Source: Fidelibacterota bacterium
Lineage (GTDB): Bacteria > Fidelibacterota > Fidelibacteria > Fidelibacterales > DSDE01
Reading direction: 5' to 3'
Length of the DNA stretch: 64,000 bases
Assembly (NCBI GenBank): GCA_046735395.1
Contig: JBJKQR010000016.1
Coordinates: 1,217-65,216 of the forward strand
The first letter of the stretch is position 1. Every line of letters begins with the position of its first letter. Position numbers and translations under genes: made by a program. Below the pieces are notes generated by a model. It was not told the origin of the DNA. It saw only the letters and a program-made list of their open reading frames with translations, and did not search any database. Shown here in pieces: positions 31,601 through 39,989 of the stretch.

Positions 31601-34600
31601 GCGCTGCCGGATGTAAAGATTGTCGGGATCGTCGTCCCGGCTGTCCAGGGCGCCGGGAACAGCTACACGGCCTCCTATGCCATGCAGAGCAGCGATACGG
31701 AAACGGCTTCCGTGCCCTTTACCATCGATTTTCGGGACCGACCCGGCAATGCCGGTATCCAGGTGAGTGAAGCGGATCTGAGCGGATCCGGCGTCCGCTT
31801 CGACCGAACCCGCCCCCAGATGAGCACCGTGAGTATTCTCAGTAACAATGCAAATACGGCCTATGCGAAAGCACAGGATATTATCACGCTGAACCTGATT
31901 TCCAATGAGCCGCTCAGTGCAAATCCCGTCGTTACCATCCTCGGCAATGCAGCAACGGTCACTTCAAATGGAAACAACAGCTACAGCGCCACCTACCAGA
32001 CACAATTAACCGACGCCAATACGAATCCGGTTACGTTCACTGTCAATTTTACCGATATGGCGGGCAATGCCGGAACCCAGGTTTCGACCGTGACCGATGC
32101 GTCTTCGGTGAATTTCGATAAGACTCCGCCGACAGTTTCGACTGTTCATATTCAGTCGTCAAATGCGACCACGACTCTGGCGAAAAATGGCGATATTGTC
32201 ACCGTCTCGTTTGTTGTGAGCGAAACATTGAAGGCCAATCCGACCGTGACGATCGCCGGGCAGGCTGCGACCGTGACCGCGGCGTATCCGAATTACAGCG
32301 CGGCCTATACCATGAAAGCGTCGGATACGGAAGGGGATGTGACCTTTCTCATCACCTATTATGATGCGGCCGGAAATGCCGGAACCCAGGCGAGCACAAC
32401 CAATGATGCCAGTTCCGTAACCTTCGACCGCAGCGCCCCCGGTATCACCCTTCTCGGGATCCTGTCCTCAAATACCCATCCCGAAGCGGCAAAATCCGGT
32501 GATGTGATTACGGTGAATATCACTGCTGATGAGCCGCTGAGTGCCCTGCCGGTTGTATCCATCTATGGAAATGCGACGGTTGTCACGGATAATGGCGGCA
32601 ATTCCTATTCTGCCGATTATACCCTGCAGGGAACGGACAATGAAATTTCTGCTGTTCCCTTCAGCCTGACCATGACAGACGTTACGGGAAATACATCGCT
32701 TCCCTATACCGAATCGGATATTACTGACGGTTCATCCGTATATTTTGATAAGACGGCTCCTCTGCTGGGAACCGTGAGCATCAGCAGCAACAATGCCAAT
32801 AATTCTGCTCTTTCGAAAATCGGGGATGTGATCACCCTTACCATGACCGCAAATGAAGCTCTGAAACAGAGTCCGGTTGTGACGATCGGCGGCCAGTCCG
32901 CGGCGGTTGCCTCTGCAGGCGGAACAACCTATTCGGCCACCCTCACAACATCAGCGGCTCTGATGGACGCGGCCCCTCTGGCCTTTTCCATCAGTTTTAC
33001 GGATTATGCCGGAAATGCCGGTGTGGCCGTGTCGATGACGACAGATGCCTCTTCCGTCGAATTTGACAGAACCGCGCCGACTCTGGCCAGTGTTCATATC
33101 GAATCCGATAACAGTGACAGTACAAAAGCCCGGGTGGGGGATCAGGTGACCCTTAGCATCTGGGCCGATGAGACGCTGGAAGCGAATCCGACCGTTACCA
33201 TTGCGGGGAACGGCGCTGCCGTGACAGACCTTGGTGGGAATGTTTATACTGCCAGTTATATCATGCAAGCCGGGGATACGGATGCTGCTTCCGTTGCCTT
33301 TTCCATCAGTTTCACCGATGCTGCCGGAAACGCTGCGGCTGCAGCGCGAACCACCACGAGCGACGGATCCGCTGTCAAATTTGACAAGACGCTTCCCGGG
33401 CTGTCGGTGGTGCATATTGAATCCGATAATGCCAATAATTCGGCCCTGGCACGTCCCGGCGATGTCGTTTCCCTGACACTCACCTCATCGGAGCCGCTTC
33501 TGAGCAATCCCACTGTGACCATTGCCGGTACTGCAGCCACGGTTACCAATAACGGAAATAATAATTATACGGCGGCCTACACGATGCAGAACAGTGACGG
33601 AGATGCGGCCGCAATCACTTTCAATGTCACCTTCCGGGATGCATCCGGCAACAGCGGTACAGCTGTGACGGCGACCACCGATGCCAGCTCTGTCCGCTTT
33701 GACCGAACCCTGCCCCAGCTTTCACCGGTGCATATTGAATCGGATAATGCGGATATTACGCTTTCCCGATCCGGTGACCGCATTACCGTAACCTTTACGG
33801 CCAGCGAAGCTCTGCTGGGAACCCCCACGGTTTTTATTGCCGGGTCGGCTGCTGCCGTGACGAACAACGGCCTGGATTATACTGCGGTGTACACCCTTCT
33901 GGGATCCGAAGCGGATACCAGCTCTGCGGCCTTAATTATTAACTTCAGCGATCTGGCCGGAAATGCAGGGAATGCCGTTCTGGCCTCCAGCGACGGATCT
34001 CAGGTCCTTATTGATAATACACGGCCGTCACTTACTCTGGTTCATATCGAATCAACCAATACGGATTCCACCCGTGCCCGGGTGGGGAACCAGATTCTGA
34101 TATCCTTTCACGCCACGGAAACGCTTCTCGATCTGCCGGTGGTGACCATTCTGGGGCATACGGTGGTTCCGGTTCAGAATACGCAGGATTACACGGTCAG
34201 CTATACTCTGGTTGCCGGCGATTCGGATGCTTCAAATCCCGTTCCCTTTACGATTAATTTTCAGGATGAAACCGGTAATTCAGGCACACAGGTGTCCGCC
34301 ACCGGCGACGGGTCGACCGTTCTCTTCGACAAGACTCCGCCCGGCCTGACCCAGTCGACCATCTACAGTGATAATGCCAATCCGGCCTACGCCAAGGTCG
34401 GCGATACGGTGACGCTCGAATTTACCGTCAATGAAGCCCTGCTTACCGCTCCGGTCGTGGGCCTCGCCAACCGGACTCCGGCCCTGATCTCTGCACATCC
34501 GGCCTATTCTGCGTCCTACACCATGCTGGACACGGATTTTGAGACGGACCAAATTGCTTTTTATATCACACTCACTGACCTGGCCGGCAATACGGTAACC

Positions 34601-37600
34601 ATTGATACAACCCTTGATGCCTCGAATGTTGATTTTGACAAGAGTGTTCCCACTGTCAATTTTGCCTACAGTGATTCCCTTGTAAAGAACGGAGATTCCT
34701 ATACGATCATTCTGCAGCCGGATGATGATCTGAATACCTCTCCCGGTCCGGTGATCACCATTAATTATGCCGGCGGCAGCTCGGTGACGAATGCGGCCAT
34801 GGCCTACCAGACCTATCAGGGCACCCCTTCCTGGATCTACACAACGGTCTGTCCGGCAGGGAATGACGGCCTGGCCACCGTGCAGCTCACTGCCAGCGAT
34901 TTTGCCGGGAATACGGCTGTCATCGGAACCGGTGCTCAGGCGCTGACCGTCGATAATACGGCTCCGACCGCTGTTGCCGTCACATCCGTTCTGCCCAATG
35001 CGGTAAGCCTGAATGATAAATATTATTCGTCAACCAGTGACGGTATCACAGTTACGGTTCCGGTGGACAATTCGGATCCCGGACTGATCGGAGGCCGGGT
35101 CCAGCTGAAAATGAAGCCGGAAGGGGGATTGAATGATTATAATGTGGGAGCTCCGGTCACGATCCAGAATTACCTGGCCAAGACCTTTAATTTCACAGAC
35201 GCCCAGCTGACGACCTATCTGCTGGGGAAGCCGGATATTCAGGATGGGCAGAATCTGCTCACCTGGTATGAACTCAGCGATAAAGCCGGGAATATCACCA
35301 CCAGCGCGATCGCTCTCGACACCCTGCTGCTCGATCGGGTAGGGCCGACGGTGGGTACGATCCGGGATGGCGCGGCAGCGGATATTGATTTCATTACGAA
35401 CGGCGTAACGCTCAAGGCAAACTGGAGCGGCTTCAGTGATGGAGAGTCGGGGCTGCTCGACTATTCGGTCATCTTCGGCGAGGCGGCGGACGGAAGTGAT
35501 GTCCTTGCTTCTCCCTTTGTGAATGTGGGAAGCCTGACGTCCATTGATACCAGCCAGACAGTTGCTCACAATATTCATTATTATGCGAACATCTATGCCC
35601 GGGACAAGGCCGGAAATGTTTCTGACACGCTGATCAGCGATGGAGTCCTGTCGGATTTCATTGCTCCCACATCAACGATCGACAGCCTTCGGGATTTTAT
35701 TTATGATACGGATTGGAGTGCCCTGTTCCTGGACAGTCTCCGTGGAAACGTTCAGGATAACGGCAGTGATGCGGCCTCCTTCGGCCTGTCCATTCAGAGA
35801 AGTTCAGATGGCTACTACTGGCACGGAAGCGGTTGGATTGTTGATTCCACTGCACTGCCCATAGCCAGACATCTTCTCAGGGAAAATCTGCTGGAAGGAT
35901 CTCCGCTGACCTCAAATTTTTACTATGATTATTCATATTATTTTCCCGCATCGGCCATGGCAGACCGGGATACCTATATTTTCCGGTCCTCGGCCGTGGA
36001 CAGCGCCGGTAACAGGCAGGCCGTCACAACCATCGATTCCTTTCAGTTTGTCGTGGACCATCCGCCCGTATTTACACCTGACGCCACACCGGCTTCAGTC
36101 ACGGAAGACAGTGTCTTTTCCCGAATTTTTACCGCCACCGATGCGGACAGGGGTACTTTCAGCGATGACAGCCTGTCCTATCATATAGATTACGGACCGC
36201 GGGGAATGGTGCTCACGGAACTTTCGGATACGACGGTCAGGGTGTCCTGGCAGACGGATAACTGGGATGCGGATACAGTATTTTCGATCATTGTCAGTGA
36301 CAGCCGCTCCGCTCAGGATACGGTGACCCTTCCTATCTCGTTTATCGCGGTGAATGATGCGCCGCAGCCCTTCAGCCTTCTGGCTCCGCGCCCGACGACA
36401 CCCCGTGCTTTTGTTGCGGCGGATGCCGACACCTTCCGCTTCCGCTGGAATGCGGCCCTCGATGTGGACGACTCTCTCCTGACCTACCGCCTCTTTCTCA
36501 TGCAGCAGATTGATGACAGCACCTGGACAGACAGCAGTTACGCCGCGGGGCATGATACGAGTCTGGTGCTGAATCTTCAGACCCTGGATTATTTTGACGC
36601 GACTCTGCCCTGCTACGCCAGAGTGACGGTGGCGGATACCCAATATACGGTTCTGTCCGCCGATACCTCCCGTTTCAGTCTGGGCCGGCCGAACCTGCAG
36701 CTCAGCACGGATTCAAATGACGACAGCATGTACGTACAGGTCATCCGTAATGAAAACGGAACGCTTCCCCTTGTCATGGAAAATACCGGGTTTATGGATC
36801 TCGACTGGAGAATCCGCAACCTCCCCGACTTCGTGACGCTTACGGATACCGTGGGAACCCTGAAGCGCGGTATCAAGGATACGCTGACCCTGCTTGCCCG
36901 CAGCACCGGCCTTCCTCTTCACTATACCAATGATTCCTTACTGCTGATTTCCAATACCCGCGACACCGCCCGGGATTCACTGACAGTGAAAGTGACGATC
37001 TATGTATCCAGCAAGGGTGAACTGACGCTGGCCGTTCTCCAGAACAGCGCCTTCAAACATCATTTTGAATTCATGCTCAATGATTCAGTGGGCATGATTG
37101 ATTCACTAAGCTTTTTACTGGATACAACGGCCATCACGGCCGAATCGGTGGATGACTACACCTACATTGCCCGAACCTCTATTCTGTCGCCCGGAAGCCA
37201 TGTCATTCGCGTGAATACCAATTCCTTCGCCGGAACGGCTCAGCTGAACCGGAATCTGGTTGTGGCCCTGGCCAAATCTTCTTCAGCCTGGGCCGGCCGC
37301 TCTCCCGACGGGGATTTTTCCCTTTCTGCGCCTCTGGGTGCCATTGAAGCTGACCAGCCGCTGCTCTTTATTGATTCAACCGCCTTTCCGCCTGCATTCC
37401 CGAAACACGCGGCCTATCAGGCCGGGCAGCCGGGACAGAAATTTCTGAAACCCGTGCAGGTTTCACTTCGACCCTCATCTCCGGACAGGGCCTTGTATCT
37501 CGTGGACAGAGACGGACGATGCACCGAACTGCCCTCTGTGGAGCGGGACGGGAAAATTGTTGCCTGGACGGATGAAATGGGATTATACAAGGAAGGGCCG

Positions 37601-37909
37601 CGAACCATCATCGTCGCGGATAAGACGGAACTCGGAAATGCCTATCCGAATCCCTTCAATCCGGTGACACGCATCCCCTTTGATCTGGGCTTTCTGGATG
37701 GACCGCAGCAGGTTTCTTGTAAGATTTACAATATTCTGGGTCAGGAAGTCCTGACTCTGGCCAGCCGCCGCTTCGATGTGGGGCATTATGAACTGACCTG
37801 GGCCGGAACGAATAAATTCGGCCAGACGGTTGCATCCGGCGTCTATATTGCCCGGATACAGACGGAAAACGGTTATGTACAAACCCGAAAAATGGTGCTG
37901 ATTCGCTGA
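28670..37909 (+). CDS. Giant (3079 aa) surface protein: BACON-like, Ig-like, 17 tandem Ig-like repeats, FN3/cadherin-like domains and C-terminal FlgD-Ig/T9SS-type sorting domain
   Basis: Signal peptide; repeats D-x-T-x-P...D-x-AGN; VDHPPVF...TATDAD...VNDAP; terminal LGNAYPNPFNP...IYNILGQEV...ASGVYIARI...TRKMVLIR. Confidence 0.9.
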   Translation: MIMKRILIILFLASAMANASSLALFPSSNIIDYSATADSFLVSSDTQWTISQDPSDTWVTHLSTADSSGNVTVVLTVTKNDQSQVQRVAVLTVNTDDLTVSRTYTLRQNGDITDPVVSVDSKRTNDNRPSLTGTVDDNTVTMSVVVNGVTYNNPATFNIAGASAPCTWTLADNTIQTLADGTYEVQVTATDPAGNSGTDATNSELAVDTTPPVFSSVVIKSNQSDTTIAKVGNIISVLFTSNESLSGTPSVSIHGKVAAVNRSGLNYTATYTLQSSDADADPLPFTIDAVDLAGNSITTITEDDIASSVKFDKTAPTLTDVSISSNNANPALAKSGNQISVVFTVNETLRSTPTVTINSQSATVSSSGVLTYTALYTMSSLTDLAAIPFTINYIDKAGNSGAQGTSTTDASSVRYDVTAPTLSNVSIVSGNAVPTLAKTGDLVTLTFTADETLLSSALPTVNILGTAVTPTKSGLDYTAEYTLLATDTQGLVSFTIDFFDAAGNAGLQVDENSASNSVTFDRTKPTLSNLKIQSNNADSTQAVVGNQISVTFLVSEQLGADPTVTISGRAATISKSGLTYTAVYTMQAIDTEIAQIPFTVDFTDRSGNAGVQVTQTSTSDGSSVKFDKTAPTLSSISITSSNAVATRAKIGDTITLSFTASETLHSTMTVLILGNAATVTHSGLDYTATYVTQNTDASVNPVPFSIAYKDPAGNAGATETSTDDASAVNFDRTAPTLSAVHISSSNADNTVAISGDVVSLTFTASEALNANPTVLIGGRAASVSANALNYTATITIQGSDASTDTLSISIAFRDAAGNSGTTVTHTDGSVVAVDNTVPTLSNISIRSNNADSSAFAKATDQIRLTFTVSEVPGADPTVTIMSHAATVTHTGLNYTGTYTAQATDADASPVTFTINCSDAAGNSSATGTATTDASSVIFDKTKPTLTALSIVSDGINSAYAKTGNTVTLSFTANETLGALPDVKIVGIVVPAVQGAGNSYTASYAMQSSDTETASVPFTIDFRDRPGNAGIQVSEADLSGSGVRFDRTRPQMSTVSILSNNANTAYAKAQDIITLNLISNEPLSANPVVTILGNAATVTSNGNNSYSATYQTQLTDANTNPVTFTVNFTDMAGNAGTQVSTVTDASSVNFDKTPPTVSTVHIQSSNATTTLAKNGDIVTVSFVVSETLKANPTVTIAGQAATVTAAYPNYSAAYTMKASDTEGDVTFLITYYDAAGNAGTQASTTNDASSVTFDRSAPGITLLGILSSNTHPEAAKSGDVITVNITADEPLSALPVVSIYGNATVVTDNGGNSYSADYTLQGTDNEISAVPFSLTMTDVTGNTSLPYTESDITDGSSVYFDKTAPLLGTVSISSNNANNSALSKIGDVITLTMTANEALKQSPVVTIGGQSAAVASAGGTTYSATLTTSAALMDAAPLAFSISFTDYAGNAGVAVSMTTDASSVEFDRTAPTLASVHIESDNSDSTKARVGDQVTLSIWADETLEANPTVTIAGNGAAVTDLGGNVYTASYIMQAGDTDAASVAFSISFTDAAGNAAAAARTTTSDGSAVKFDKTLPGLSVVHIESDNANNSALARPGDVVSLTLTSSEPLLSNPTVTIAGTAATVTNNGNNNYTAAYTMQNSDGDAAAITFNVTFRDASGNSGTAVTATTDASSVRFDRTLPQLSPVHIESDNADITLSRSGDRITVTFTASEALLGTPTVFIAGSAAAVTNNGLDYTAVYTLLGSEADTSSAALIINFSDLAGNAGNAVLASSDGSQVLIDNTRPSLTLVHIESTNTDSTRARVGNQILISFHATETLLDLPVVTILGHTVVPVQNTQDYTVSYTLVAGDSDASNPVPFTINFQDETGNSGTQVSATGDGSTVLFDKTPPGLTQSTIYSDNANPAYAKVGDTVTLEFTVNEALLTAPVVGLANRTPALISAHPAYSASYTMLDTDFETDQIAFYITLTDLAGNTVTIDTTLDASNVDFDKSVPTVNFAYSDSLVKNGDSYTIILQPDDDLNTSPGPVITINYAGGSSVTNAAMAYQTYQGTPSWIYTTVCPAGNDGLATVQLTASDFAGNTAVIGTGAQALTVDNTAPTAVAVTSVLPNAVSLNDKYYSSTSDGITVTVPVDNSDPGLIGGRVQLKMKPEGGLNDYNVGAPVTIQNYLAKTFNFTDAQLTTYLLGKPDIQDGQNLLTWYELSDKAGNITTSAIALDTLLLDRVGPTVGTIRDGAAADIDFITNGVTLKANWSGFSDGESGLLDYSVIFGEAADGSDVLASPFVNVGSLTSIDTSQTVAHNIHYYANIYARDKAGNVSDTLISDGVLSDFIAPTSTIDSLRDFIYDTDWSALFLDSLRGNVQDNGSDAASFGLSIQRSSDGYYWHGSGWIVDSTALPIARHLLRENLLEGSPLTSNFYYDYSYYFPASAMADRDTYIFRSSAVDSAGNRQAVTTIDSFQFVVDHPPVFTPDATPASVTEDSVFSRIFTATDADRGTFSDDSLSYHIDYGPRGMVLTELSDTTVRVSWQTDNWDADTVFSIIVSDSRSAQDTVTLPISFIAVNDAPQPFSLLAPRPTTPRAFVAADADTFRFRWNAALDVDDSLLTYRLFLMQQIDDSTWTDSSYAAGHDTSLVLNLQTLDYFDATLPCYARVTVADTQYTVLSADTSRFSLGRPNLQLSTDSNDDSMYVQVIRNENGTLPLVMENTGFMDLDWRIRNLPDFVTLTDTVGTLKRGIKDTLTLLARSTGLPLHYTNDSLLLISNTRDTARDSLTVKVTIYVSSKGELTLAVLQNSAFKHHFEFMLNDSVGMIDSLSFLLDTTAITAESVDDYTYIARTSILSPGSHVIRVNTNSFAGTAQLNRNLVVALAKSSSAWAGRSPDGDFSLSAPLGAIEADQPLLFIDSTAFPPAFPKHAAYQAGQPGQKFLKPVQVSLRPSSPDRALYLVDRDGRCTELPSVERDGKIVAWTDEMGLYKEGPRTIIVADKTELGNAYPNPFNPVTRIPFDLGFLDGPQQVSCKIYNILGQEVLTLASRRFDVGHYELTWAGTNKFGQTVASGVYIARIQTENGYVQTRKMVLIR
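29288..34633 (+). repeat. 17 tandem ~105-aa Ig-like coding repeats
   Basis: Each unit begins [FVYI]D[KRNVT][TS]xP and has the pattern SxN..A[KR].G[DN].[IV]...F..[SN]E.L...P.V.I.G...Y[TS]A.Y...F.I...D.AGN; units are diverged at the DNA level. Confidence 0.9.
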
Positions 37910-38505
37910 TGAAAAAAGCTTTCGCTATCCTGGCAATGATCCTGATGCTGCTTATAGGGCAGCAGTGCCGTAAGGCCTATGTTCCCACCGGGCCGGATTA
38001 TGCGGACTATGGCTGGACCTTTTATGATGCCGGTAATTACCAGGATGCACGGACCTGGTTCCGGGAAGCCGTGGATACGGACAGCCTCTATGTGGATGGC
38101 TTCAATGGCCTCGGCTGGTCGCTGGGAGCGATGGATTCCATGTCCGCTGCCTTTACTGCATTCGGCGAGGGGCTGGTTATCGGTGATACCACGGACTATT
38201 ATCCGGACCTCCTGGCCGGGCGGATTTTCACGGCTCATGCCCTGGGGCTCTATGATTCTGCAGCTGTTCTGTCGGACGTCTTTCTGCGCCTCGACAGTCA
38301 CTGGATCTTTCCCCATGACGAAAATCTGACGGCTTCGGATGTGGTGGTCGTATTGGCGGCGTCCTATTTTTCCCTTCAGAATTACAGTCAGGCCCTGACG
38401 CTCATACAGCGCCTGGATCCGACTTTTACTGCAGATGTGACCACACAGGCGGGAATCAGTACTCTGTCCCTGAAAATTGAAAGCCTTTCCCAGACTTATT
38501 TATAA
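37909..38505 (+). CDS. TPR-containing putative lipoprotein
   Basis: MKK plus hydrophobic stretch plus Cys20; TPR pattern GWTFYDAGNYQDARTWF...GFNGLGWS; TGATG overlap with the giant gene. Confidence 0.78.
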   Translation: MKKAFAILAMILMLLIGQQCRKAYVPTGPDYADYGWTFYDAGNYQDARTWFREAVDTDSLYVDGFNGLGWSLGAMDSMSAAFTAFGEGLVIGDTTDYYPDLLAGRIFTAHALGLYDSAAVLSDVFLRLDSHWIFPHDENLTASDVVVVLAASYFSLQNYSQALTLIQRLDPTFTADVTTQAGISTLSLKIESLSQTYL

Positions 38506-38566
38506 TCAGTTAGAAAATAGTTGTAGTGCCCGATCATTTCCGTAATATTAGGGAAAAAATGAGGCG

Positions 38567-39928
38567 ATGATGAATACAGAACATTTTGTAGCGATTTTCG
38601 GGGGTGCAGTGGCAGGATCGGAGGCTGCCTGGCAGCTCAGCCGTCAGAATATCCGCGTTGTCGTATTTGAACAGAATTCCCTGCCCTATGGAAAGATTGA
38701 AAGCGGGCTTCCCAAATGGCATTATAAATTACGCGATAAACAGGAAACACAGATTGATGAAAAACTGGACCAGCCTCTGGTTCATTTTGTGCCGCAGGTG
38801 AGGCTTGGTCGGGATCTGAATGTGGAGGATCTGATTCGGAACTGGGGCTTTTCGGCAATTCTGCTGGCGACCGGAGCCGGGATGGACCGGCCCCTTCCTG
38901 TGGACGGGTTCGAAGAGCTTAAGGGCCGGGGCCTGGTATACCAGAATGATCTCATGGACTGGTTCAACCATTGTCATGATCCCGAGTTTGAAGGCCAACG
39001 ATTTCAGATACCGGATGAAACCGTCATCATCGGGGGTGGCCTGGCGAGCCTGGACGTGGCTAAAATCTGTATGATAAAGATCGTGCAGACAGCATTGCAC
39101 AGCCACAAGGGCATTCTGGTCGATGCGCTGACCTTTGAGCGTGAGGGTGTGCTGCCCTATCTGGAAAAACAGGGATTGTCACTGGCTGACCTGAATGTAA
39201 AAGGCTGTACCCTGGTGGTCCGGAAGACGGTGGAGGCCATGCCTCTGACCGTTATTCCGGATCATGCCGGACCGGAGGATCTGAAGAAAGCCGGAGAGAC
39301 ACGGCGAAAATTGCTGGAAAAAGTCCGGGAGCGCTTCGGATTTACAGTGATTCACGAACGGGAAATACAGGGATTTTCCACCCGGGATGGCCGGCTCGCG
39401 TCTATTCAACTGAGGTCAACCCGTGCCGGACAGGAAGGCGTGGAGGAAGAAATACCGGTTCCCCTGCTTGTATCAGCCATCGGTTCCCTGCCCCGGCCTC
39501 TGCCCGGGCTTCCCATGAATGGTGACGTGTATGATTTGGAGGATCCGGACAGCGGCAGGCTGCGGAATGTCGGGCCCGTTTTTGCTCTGGGCAACGCGGT
39601 AACCGGGCGTGGAAATATTCAACAGTCTCTTATCCATAGCCGCCGTGTGTCCGAACTGATATTTGATGAGTATCTGAGTACGAATTCCGGAGATTATGAT
39701 GAAATTCTGGAAGCGGCCCGCTCGCGGTCGGAAGGCCGGATTCAGCATATCCTGTCAATGGTGAAGGGACAGGCCGGGATTCCAGTGGAAAAACTGGATC
39801 TCATTGTGGAAAAAATCCGAACGCTTCAGGAAAAGTCCGGGTACAGCGGAAATTACCGAAAATGGATTGAGGAGCATACACCGCCCCGCCTCGAGCAGAT
39901 TCTGGAAAGCGGGGAACATCCCCGGTAA
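38567..39928 (+). CDS. FAD/NAD(P)-dependent oxidoreductase (GltD/ferredoxin-NADP reductase-like, no N-terminal Fe-S domain)
   Basis: VAIFGGAVAG, PYGKIESGLP, ILLATGA, IIGGGLASLD, VFALGN. Confidence 0.8.
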   Translation: MMNTEHFVAIFGGAVAGSEAAWQLSRQNIRVVVFEQNSLPYGKIESGLPKWHYKLRDKQETQIDEKLDQPLVHFVPQVRLGRDLNVEDLIRNWGFSAILLATGAGMDRPLPVDGFEELKGRGLVYQNDLMDWFNHCHDPEFEGQRFQIPDETVIIGGGLASLDVAKICMIKIVQTALHSHKGILVDALTFEREGVLPYLEKQGLSLADLNVKGCTLVVRKTVEAMPLTVIPDHAGPEDLKKAGETRRKLLEKVRERFGFTVIHEREIQGFSTRDGRLASIQLRSTRAGQEGVEEEIPVPLLVSAIGSLPRPLPGLPMNGDVYDLEDPDSGRLRNVGPVFALGNAVTGRGNIQQSLIHSRRVSELIFDEYLSTNSGDYDEILEAARSRSEGRIQHILSMVKGQAGIPVEKLDLIVEKIRTLQEKSGYSGNYRKWIEEHTPPRLEQILESGEHPR

Positions 39929-39936
39929 AATTCGTT

Positions 39937-39965
39937 AAAAAAAAGCCCGGAGTAAACCGGGCTTT
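39937..39965. terminator. Intrinsic terminator between convergent genes, strongest for fadD on the minus strand
   Basis: A8-GCCCGG-AGTAAA-CCGGGC-TTT. Confidence 0.8.
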
Positions 39966-39989
39966 ATGTACTGAGTAAGGATTGAATAA

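Noticed and set aside
29288-34633. CRISPR array or DNA-level tandem repeat
   Set aside because: The repeats are ~315-nt protein-coding units, strongly diverged in DNA, without a repeat-spacer pattern.
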